DNA from: an uncultured Oscillibacter sp. | GTDB taxonomy: Bacteria; Bacillota; Clostridia; Oscillospirales; Oscillospiraceae | Reading direction: 5' to 3' | NCBI GenBank assembly: GCA_910584995.1 | Contig: CAJUDW010000011.1 | Span: 644 to 64,643, forward strand | Length of the DNA stretch: 64,000 nucleotides | Part shown: in pieces, positions 32,742 through 39,965 of the stretch | How positions within the stretch are numbered: the stretch's first letter is position 1 | Layout of the letters: each line of letters opens with the position of its first letter | Position numbers and translations under genes: made by a program | The notes under the pieces: model-generated | What the model was told of the DNA's origin: nothing | Seen by the model: the letters and a program-made list of their open reading frames with translations, nothing else | Database searches by the model: none

Positions 32742-33664
32742 TGGATACCCAGGTAGATCGGGATCTTCTGGAAAAGATTGCGGATCTCATCGGGAAGCCT
32801 GTAGGGGCTTTCAACATCCGCAAGGACTCCGGCTGCGACGGCCGCCAGTCCACGGAGCACATTGACATCGCCAACCGGACCGACGGCAAAAGCGGCATTG
32901 ACATCCGCGTGAAGGACGGCACGGTAGGCGAGACCTGCCACATCCCCGTCCTCATCACGAAGCCGGGGATCCAGGAGATGGTCTACAACGATTTCTACAT
33001 CGGCGAGAACTGCGACGTAGACATTGTGGCCGGCTGCGGCATCCACAACTGCGGCGGGGAGATGAGCCGCCACGACGGCGTCCACACCTTCCATGTGGGG
33101 AAGCACTCCCGCGTCCGCTACACGGAGAAGCACTATGGGGACGGCGACGGCACGGGCGGCCGCATAATGAATCCGGAAACAGTGGTTTACCTGGAGGAGG
33201 GGGCCTCCATCCAGCTGGACACCACCCAAATCCGGGGTATTGATTCCACCAAGCGCGTGACGAAAATTGTCTGCGGGCCTGGGGCGGAGGCCGTTGTAAC
33301 GGAACGCCTCCTGACCCACGGGGAGCAGACTGCGGAGAGCGACATGGAGATCATCCTGGACGGCCCCGGCTCCAAGGGCCGCGTGATTTCCCGTTCCGTA
33401 GCCCAGGACACCTCCAGCCAGGTGTTTTATCCCCGCATGGTGGGGAACGCCCAATGCTTTGGGCATGTGCAGTGCGATTCCATTATCATGGGCGAGGCGA
33501 AGATCAAGTCGATTCCCGCCATTACCGCCAACTGCACGGAAGCACAGCTTGTGCATGAGGCCGCCATCGGCAAGATTGCGGGGGATCAGCTTCTGAAGCT
33601 GGAGACGCTGGGCCTGACTGAGGAGGAGGCAGAGGACTGCATCCTGAAGGGGTTTTTGGCCTGA
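32738..33664 (+). CDS. SufB/SufD-family Fe-S assembly protein
   Basis: AGCGIHNCG, SRHDGVH, FGHVQCDSIIM, HEAAIGKIA..QL.KL..LGL.EEEAE..IL.GFL. Confidence 0.88.
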   Translation: MMDTQVDRDLLEKIADLIGKPVGAFNIRKDSGCDGRQSTEHIDIANRTDGKSGIDIRVKDGTVGETCHIPVLITKPGIQEMVYNDFYIGENCDVDIVAGCGIHNCGGEMSRHDGVHTFHVGKHSRVRYTEKHYGDGDGTGGRIMNPETVVYLEEGASIQLDTTQIRGIDSTKRVTKIVCGPGAEAVVTERLLTHGEQTAESDMEIILDGPGSKGRVISRSVAQDTSSQVFYPRMVGNAQCFGHVQCDSIIMGEAKIKSIPAITANCTEAQLVHEAAIGKIAGDQLLKLETLGLTEEEAEDCILKGFLA

Positions 33665-33705
33665 CAGGCCAAAACGGGGATTGGCTGCGTTATGGCAGCC
33701 GGCAA

Positions 33706-34315
33706 ATGCACCCCCATTTTCTCTTTTCACTTGCGCCGAAAAGAGAAACCCTCCAGAGGGCCCTCTCGCCGCTTCGCGGCTCACCTTGGCGGGCCGCGCA
33801 CGGTCCAAAAGAGAAAAGGCGCTTGAGGGAAACGGCCTTTGGCCGTTTCCCTCATTTTACAGGGGTTCTTCTCCGCGCAGTGCCTTTTTCAGAATTACCC
33901 TGCGGCTCTACGCGTCTCACCCCCCTCTTTGCAGAACTGCGCTCCCGCGAGGCTGGTGCCCTGTTTATCTGATGGTGGTTGTCGTATGGCCCGCCCTCCT
34001 CTTTTCGCTGCCGCTGGCGGGTGCTTTCCGGATACCTCCAAGCCAGCGGCAGCGGTAAGAGAAGATACGCCATTCGATAACCACCCTCTGCTTTGCAGGG
34101 CACCGTCTTCGCGGGAGCGCAGTCTTTCCGGGAAACATTTACCGGCGCGTAGAGCCGCAGGCCGATTCCCACAACCGCACTGCGCGAAGGTCAGCCCCCG
34201 CTATGTGCCAAACAGCCACAGGCTGTTTGGCACCAGCCTCTTTTTCTCTCTTCCACCGTGCACGGCGCATTCTCTCTTTTTCTGGGCCCAGAAAAAGAGA
34301 GAATGGGGGGTGCAT
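33706..34315. repeat. Large imperfect palindrome (~610 bp foldback, REPIN/MITE-like)
   Basis: Successive inverted matches along both arms, e.g. gcggctctacgcg/cgcgtagagccgc, actgcgctcccgcga/tcgcgggagcgcagt, cgctgccgctggc/gccagcggcagcg and atgcaccccc/gggggtgcat. Confidence 0.85.
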
Positions 34316-34367
34316 CCCCCAGGCCTGAGAGGTCTGCCAACCCCCGTCCTTTGGAAAAAGGAAAAAC

Positions 34368-34400
34368 AAAAACCCCCGGCGGAGCCATCCCCGCCGGGGT
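34368..34400 (-). terminator. Intrinsic terminator after the HTH pair
   Basis: ccccggcgg...ccgccgggg stem followed by a T-run on the minus strand. Confidence 0.6.
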
Positions 34401-34630
34401 CACTTGCCGGAAGGGGAACCTTCCGGTTTATCATAATCAATCAAAAACAGATCGTTTGGCGTACATTCCAGCACTTGGCATAGCGCCTCTATGGTTTCCA
34501 GTCTGACTGCAAGGGTCTTGCCGTCTACTAATTTCGCAATATTCGGATAACTCATGCCTGTCTCTTTAGCCAGCCAATAGCGTGTTCTTCCCTTTGCCCT
34601 CAGCATAGGCATAATATTAAACTTGATCAT
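34400..34630 (-). CDS. Cro/C1-type (XRE) HTH protein, copy 2
   Basis: RYWLAKETGMSYPNIAKL...AVRLETIEALCQVLECTPNDLF; GGAGG RBS. Confidence 0.88.
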   Translation of the reverse strand: MIKFNIMPMLRAKGRTRYWLAKETGMSYPNIAKLVDGKTLAVRLETIEALCQVLECTPNDLFLIDYDKPEGSPSGK

Positions 34631-34634
34631 GATT

Positions 34635-34850
34635 CTATGCCTCCGGCAAAGTAGTGTCTATTATAAATAATTCATTTGGAGGACACTCCAGAATCTGACA
34701 TAATGTCTCAATAGTCTCCGATCGGATAAACTTTGTTTCGCCTGATGCCATTCGATTGAAACTTCGATAATTCATATTCATTTGCTCATACAACCAACAT
34801 TTTGTTCTGCCCTTGGCTCTTAACATAGGCATGATATTGAACTTGATCAT
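34635..34850 (-). CDS. Cro/C1-type (XRE) HTH protein, copy 1
   Basis: KCWLYEQMNMNYRSFNRM...FIRSETIETLCQILECPPNELF; GGAGG RBS. Confidence 0.85.
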   Translation of the reverse strand: MIKFNIMPMLRAKGRTKCWLYEQMNMNYRSFNRMASGETKFIRSETIETLCQILECPPNELFIIDTTLPEA

Positions 34851-34993
34851 AGCCTATGCCTCCACAATACGCGCTCCTACATATCTGATGTATACATATC
34901 ATATCTACTAATTTATAGTTTACTCATATTTTTCCTTTACATATTAGTTTAAACATTATATAATGTTTTCATTCTATATCGAGGAGATATATT

Positions 34994-35254
34994 ATGGACG
35001 TTTGGAAAGAAATGTACCTCTCCCTCATGCGTGATACGGAAAAAACCATCAGAACCTTGGAAGACATCAAAACCGTCTACCAAAAAGCATCCTTGGAGGA
35101 TCTGGAAAACACCCTCCCTGGCTGTGCAGAAATATCCAAGATCTACTTTGCCACTATGCAGTTCCTTTCCCTCTACCTGATCACCGCACAGCAGAAGTGC
35201 GAAAACATCTACATCACTTACGGTGAACCGTCCGAAGACGGAGACGAAACCTAA
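34994..35254 (+). CDS. Small helical hypothetical protein
   Basis: GAGGAG RBS, 86 aa, K.MYL.L...TE..I..L ... LI.AQQ.CE.IYI pattern, terminator downstream. Confidence 0.7.
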   Translation: MDVWKEMYLSLMRDTEKTIRTLEDIKTVYQKASLEDLENTLPGCAEISKIYFATMQFLSLYLITAQQKCENIYITYGEPSEDGDET

Positions 35255-35280
35255 TCCCGTCCGGACAAGTCCGGACAATA

Positions 35281-35316
35281 GAAAATCCTCCGGGGTTGAT
35301 TCCCCGGAGGATTTTC
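35281..35316. terminator. Bidirectional terminator between the small ORF and rny
   Basis: gaaaatcctccgggg-ttgatt-ccccggaggattttc. Confidence 0.8.
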
Positions 35317-35328
35317 CTTCCTTCTATA

Positions 35329-36873
35329 TTACTTTGCGTATTCCACAACCTTGGTCTCACGCAGGACGTGGACCTTGATTTGGCCAGGGTATTCCATCTC
35401 GTCCTCTATCCGCTTCGCCAGATCCCGGGCCAGAATCACCATCTGGTCCTCGCTGACCTGTTCCGGCTTCACCATGACCCGGACCTCCCGGCCCGCCTGG
35501 ATGGCAAACGCCTTGTCTACTCCCGGATAGGTTCCCGTGATGGTTTCCAGCTGCTCCAGCCGCTTGATGTAGTTCTCCAGGTTCTCGCGGCGGGCGCCGG
35601 GCCGGGCGGCGGAAATGGCGTCCGCCGCCTGCACCAGGCAGGCGATAATCGTCCGGGGCTCCACGTCGTTGTGGTGGGCCTCAATGGCGTGGACAATCTC
35701 GTCCCGCTCCCGGTACTTCCGGGCAAACTCCACGCCAAGGGAGACGTGGGTGCCCTCCATCTCGTGATCCACCGATTTGCCCAAATCGTGCAGCAGCCCC
35801 GCCCGCTTGGCGGTCACCACGTCGGCCCCCACCTCTGCGGCCATCATGCCCGCAATGTGGCTGACTTCAATGGAGTGGCGCAGGACGTTCTGCCCGTAGC
35901 TGGTGCGGTAGTGGAGGCGGCCCAGCATCTTCATCAGTTCCGGGTGCAGGTTCCGCACGCCGCATTCAAACACGGCCCGCTCCCCCTCGGATTTGATGGT
36001 GGCGTCCACCTCCCGGCGGGCCTTCTCCACCATCTCCTCAATGTGGGTGGGGTGAATCCGGCCGTCGGCAATCAGCTTCTCCAGCGCCAGACGGGCAATC
36101 TCCCGCCGCACCGGCTCAAAGCAGGAAACGGTAATGGCCTCGGGGGTGTCGTCAATGATCAGATCCACGCCCGTCAGCGTTTCAATGGTGCGGATGTTGC
36201 GGCCCTCCCGGCCAATGATGCGGCCCTTCATCTCGTCATTGGGCAGGGGAACCACACTGACGGTCATTTCGGCCACCTGATCGGAGGCGCACCGCTGGAT
36301 GGCCTGGGCAACAATTTCCCGGGCCTTGGCGTCGCACTCCTCTTTCATGCGAGACTCCACTTCCTTGATCTTCATGGCCGTCTCGTGGGTTACTTCGGAC
36401 TCCACCTGGTCAATAAGGTACTGCTTCGCTTCGTCGGCGGTGAAGCCGGAGATGCGCTCCAGCATCTCCGTGTGGCTGCGCTTGATCGCTTGAATCTCCT
36501 CGCACTCCCGGTCTACAGCCGCGTGCTTCTGGGCCAGAGAATCCTCTTTCTTCTCTATGGCCTCCATCTTACGATCCAGGTTTTCTTCCTTCTGCTGCAG
36601 CCGGTTTTCCTGCCGTTGCAGGTCTGCGCGGCGGGACTTCTCTTCCTTCTCATACTCGCTGCGGTTTTTCAAAATCTCTTCCTTGGCTTCCAACAGGGCT
36701 TCCTTTTTCTTGGTCTCTGCGCTCTTAATGGCCTCGTTGATAATGCGCTTTCCCTCTTCTTCAGCGCTTGAGATTTCCTTCTCGGAGACTTGTTTCCGAT
36801 AGCGAATACCGAGAGGGAAACAGATGACGCCGCCGATAACCAGCCCGATAAGGCCGGCGATGACGTATTCCAT
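35329..36873 (-). CDS. rny: Ribonuclease Y
   Basis: N-terminal TM, coiled coil, KH motif [21 protein letters not shown] motif [24 protein letters not shown]. Confidence 0.97.
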   Translation of the reverse strand: MEYVIAGLIGLVIGGVICFPLGIRYRKQVSEKEISSAEEEGKRIINEAIKSAETKKKEALLEAKEEILKNRSEYEKEEKSRRADLQRQENRLQQKEENLDRKMEAIEKKEDSLAQKHAAVDRECEEIQAIKRSHTEMLERISGFTADEAKQYLIDQVESEVTHETAMKIKEVESRMKEECDAKAREIVAQAIQRCASDQVAEMTVSVVPLPNDEMKGRIIGREGRNIRTIETLTGVDLIIDDTPEAITVSCFEPVRREIARLALEKLIADGRIHPTHIEEMVEKARREVDATIKSEGERAVFECGVRNLHPELMKMLGRLHYRTSYGQNVLRHSIEVSHIAGMMAAEVGADVVTAKRAGLLHDLGKSVDHEMEGTHVSLGVEFARKYRERDEIVHAIEAHHNDVEPRTIIACLVQAADAISAARPGARRENLENYIKRLEQLETITGTYPGVDKAFAIQAGREVRVMVKPEQVSEDQMVILARDLAKRIEDEMEYPGQIKVHVLRETKVVEYAK

Positions 36874-37067
36874 CCCTTAGTTTCCTCCTACTTGATATTC
36901 GGTATTGCTGGAAGTAACGACCGGGCGCGCCCCTAACCGCGCACCGACAATTATCCTTTTCTAGTTTAATCATTCAGCGGGCCGCTGTCAAGGCAAAACC
37001 GTTAAATATATTTGTTACTCTGCAAAATTTTTTCCAGGAAATCAGAGGAAACCCCTCAGGAGGGTGA

Positions 37068-37808
37068 TCAGGTGTTGATATAGGCGGCAGCGGCGTAGCC
37101 CACGTAGTCCCCGTAGTGGACCACATACCATCCCTGCCACTCGCCGTAGACGGTCACGGAGGCGCCGTTAGGCATATTGGCCAGTATGGTGCCGCTGGAG
37201 GAGGGATAGCTGCGGAGGTTCAGGGTGCCGTAGCTGACGGAGACAGTGCCCTGGACCGGGTCCATGGGGTAGATGAAGGGCAGGCCGAAGTACCGGGTCA
37301 GGGCCCGGGCCAGCTGCTGGGCGATGTCATTCCAGTGGCCTTCCAGCCAGACAGCGTCGGCGTAGTTGTCGTGGTAGCCGATCTCTACCAGCACCGCCGG
37401 GGCCTTGGAACGGGCCACCTCCCCCAGGGTAGTGGTAGCCCGGGTGGTCACCTTGTTGGGCAGGGGGTAGATTTTCCGCAGTTCCTCGGCAATCAGTTCC
37501 GCACCCCGCTGGCCCTGGGCGCTGCCGGGGTAGTAAAAGGCGATGATGCCCCGGGTTTCCCCGTAATTCCCCGCCCCGGAGGCGTTGGAGTGGAGGGCCA
37601 GGTAGAAGTCGTAATCCCCGGCGTTGGCCTCCCGGATAGAACTGGCGGCAGTCATCTCCGGCCGGTTCCGCTTGTAGCGGATACCGTTGGAGACCAGGTA
37701 GGGCACCAGGGCGTCTGCCAACTGGTTCATGTGGTACTCCTCCGAGCCGCTGCCGGTGACGTATTGGTTCCATTCTTGTGTGCTCGGGCTTAAATAAATA
37801 ATAGGCAT
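37068..37808 (-). CDS. N-acetylmuramoyl-L-alanine amidase with C-terminal SH3b
   Basis: IYLSPSTQE, YLALHSNA, PAVLVEIGYHDN, LNLRSYPS....I......GWY.V.Y....GY. Confidence 0.88.
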   Translation of the reverse strand: MPIIYLSPSTQEWNQYVTGSGSEEYHMNQLADALVPYLVSNGIRYKRNRPEMTAASSIREANAGDYDFYLALHSNASGAGNYGETRGIIAFYYPGSAQGQRGAELIAEELRKIYPLPNKVTTRATTTLGEVARSKAPAVLVEIGYHDNYADAVWLEGHWNDIAQQLARALTRYFGLPFIYPMDPVQGTVSVSYGTLNLRSYPSSSGTILANMPNGASVTVYGEWQGWYVVHYGDYVGYAAAAYINT

Positions 37809-38151
37809 GGCAAATCCTCCTTCAATACACCAAAACCCGCCCAGTCTCCCCAAAAGGCGCGCCCCAGGCGGGCCATGACACCTTTTTCCATTTATATGGC
37901 CCCACCGCCGGAAATGTTCCCGGAAAGGCCGCCCCGCTGCTGCCAGAAGGCCAGAAAGGGCCGCCCCTCCATCCAAACCCGCCGGAGCCGGGTTTCCGGT
38001 AAGCGGTATACAGGCGGATTTCCCATCACCCAGACTGTATCTGGCGTTTTCCCGCAAACTGTGATACAATGCTCAGCAGGAATCACCGGGGGGCTTCCCC
38101 CGTTCCGAAACATCCGATGGAAAATGGTTTCACTCTGGAAAGGAGTCTGAC

Positions 38152-39375
38152 ATGAAGGGCCAACGAATCTACCCCAGATACACCGTCACACCCAAGGCTG
38201 AGGCCGCCCTCCTCCGGGGCCACCCCTGGGTGTACGGTGAAGAGATCCTGTCTGCGGAGGGGACGGCGGAAAATGGCGGCCTGGTGGATATTGTGGGAAA
38301 ACGGGGGCAGTATCTGGGCACAGGGCTTCTGTCGGAGGCGTCGAAAATCCGGATCCGGCTGCTGTCCCGGAACGCCAACGACCGCTTTGACGCGGCCTTC
38401 TGGCGGCGGAAGCTTCAGTGGGCCTGGGAGTACCGGAAAGCTGTAATGGCCCCGGCGGATCTGGACGCCTGCCGGGTCATCTTCGGGGAGGCGGACGCCT
38501 TCCCCGGGCTGACAGTGGATAAGTTCCACGACCTGCTGTCCGTCCAAGTGCTCTCCTATGGCCTGGAGCGGCTGAAGGGCCTGCTGCTGCCGGCCTTGGT
38601 GGAGATCCTCCGGCAGGACGGCCAGGAAATCCGGGGCGTCTACCAGCGGAACGACGCCGCCCTCCGGGAAAAGGAGGGGCTGGAACTCTGCAAGGGCTGG
38701 TTCCCCCTGCCTGGGGAACCGGTGCCGGAATCCCCGGTTGTGGAAATCACCGAAAACGGCATCAAATATCTAGTAGATGTGGAGAACGGCCAGAAGACCG
38801 GCTTCTTTCTGGATCAGAAATACAACCGCCGGGCCGTTGCCCGGCTGGCCCATGGGCGGACGGTGCTGGACTGCTTCACCCACACCGGCTCCTTCGCTCT
38901 AAACGCCGCCAAAGGCGGGGCCGCCCGGGTCATCGCCGTGGACGTATCTGCATCAGCCGTGGAGATGGCCCGGGCCAACGCTGCCCGGAACGGGCTGGAG
39001 GACGTGGTGGAGTGCGTGGCGGCCAACGTCTTTGACCTGCTGCCCAGCCTGGAAAAGGGGAAGTATGACTTCATCATCCTGGATCCGCCTGCCTTTACGA
39101 AATCCCGGCAGACGGTGGAGAACGCCATGGCAGGCTACAAAGAGATCAACTACCGGGCCATGAAGCTGTTGCCCCGGGGCGGCCTGCTGGCCACCTGCTC
39201 CTGCTCCCACTTCGCCACAGAGGAGAAATTCACCGCCATGCTCCGGCAGGCCGCCCTGGATGCCGGCGTCCAACTGCGGCAGATCCAGGCCCGCCAGCAG
39301 GCCCAGGATCACCCCATCCTCTGGGGGGTGGAGGAAACCAACTATCTGAAATTCTACCTGTTCCAGGTGGTTTAA
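38152..39375 (+). CDS. RlmI-like rRNA methyltransferase (PUA plus SAM domain)
   Basis: GHPWVY, EADAFPGLTVDKF, GQKTGFFLDQK.NR, VLDCFTHTGSF, IILDPPAF, YLKF. Confidence 0.92.
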   Translation: MKGQRIYPRYTVTPKAEAALLRGHPWVYGEEILSAEGTAENGGLVDIVGKRGQYLGTGLLSEASKIRIRLLSRNANDRFDAAFWRRKLQWAWEYRKAVMAPADLDACRVIFGEADAFPGLTVDKFHDLLSVQVLSYGLERLKGLLLPALVEILRQDGQEIRGVYQRNDAALREKEGLELCKGWFPLPGEPVPESPVVEITENGIKYLVDVENGQKTGFFLDQKYNRRAVARLAHGRTVLDCFTHTGSFALNAAKGGAARVIAVDVSASAVEMARANAARNGLEDVVECVAANVFDLLPSLEKGKYDFIILDPPAFTKSRQTVENAMAGYKEINYRAMKLLPRGGLLATCSCSHFATEEKFTAMLRQAALDAGVQLRQIQARQQAQDHPILWGVEETNYLKFYLFQVV

Positions 39376-39387
39376 GGCTCCGCACGC

Positions 39388-39437
39388 AAAAATTCCCCAC
39401 CTTACCAAGTTTTCTTGATAAGGTGGGAATCCTTTTG
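39388..39437. terminator. Bidirectional terminator hairpin
   Basis: aaaaattccccaccttaccaag-tttt-cttgataaggtgggaat with A/T runs on both sides. Confidence 0.7.
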
Positions 39438-39488
39438 CCTGCCAAGTATTCCTGTTTTGGGAAAAATTTGCTTCCGGAAAAAACTTCT

Positions 39489-39759
39489 GCTGCTTGCCAC
39501 CATGCAAAGCTTACCGTGACGGTAAGAACCTGTGTTCACCGGCGGAGGATGCCGGCCTCTCCCCTGCTCAGTGATTTTGTACGATTTCCGCGGCGGCCTT
39601 TCGGATCGGCCTCACAGCAAACACCTACGGAACCTTCCCCCTGCAGCTGTCCGGGAATCCCATATACCGTGCTTCCGTTCACCTGGGGAAAATAACCCCT
39701 GATTTCCTTTGCCGGCTTGTATCCATGATACTCATGGCGTGAGGGAACGTTCAACGCAC
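39489..39759 (-). ncRNA. Group II intron-like 5' fragment (domain I), with no intron ORF and no D5/D6 seen
   Basis: Starts GTGCG (group II 5' consensus GUGYG); nested helices (ccatga-gta-tcatgg; ttccc...gggaa; cc-GAAA-gg; cttaccg-tca-cggtaag). The resemblance to Firmicute group II introns is recalled, not searched. Confidence 0.5.
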
Positions 39760-39900
39760 ACATTTCAAAAATTCCGCGCTTTAGCCCCCATGGTGCAGCC
39801 TCTTTTTCAACATGCACAAAGGGGCGGAAGGGCTTGCGGGAGAGGGGATCCCGGCAATTTACGATACCCCAAGGATATCCGGCGTCAGGCGCAGGACTGC

Positions 39901-39937
39901 AAATCCCCCGGACGGCTTTCGCCGTCCGGGGGATTTC
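39901..39937 (-). terminator. Terminator of the exporter/SLH operon
   Basis: aaatcccccggacggc-tttc-gccgtccgggggattt. Confidence 0.75.
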
Positions 39938-39965
39938 TTCTTTGCGGCGTTTCCGGAGCCTTCCC

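Noticed and set aside
33681..34506. Several 70-214 aa ORFs inside the foldback element
   Set aside because: No recognisable domains or convincing RBS, and they overlap on both strands; better explained by the repeat.
37880..37920. Sporulation-sigma promoter for the amidase gene (CATATAAAT)
   Set aside because: The -10 match is imperfect and the -35 element too short to support a call.
39489..39759. c-di-AMP riboswitch, RNase P, tmRNA or SRP identity for the structured intergenic RNA
   Set aside because: Their hallmark motifs (GAGGAAAGUCC, tRNA-like ends, SRP helix-8 loop, c-di-AMP core) are absent, and no gene lies downstream in the same orientation.
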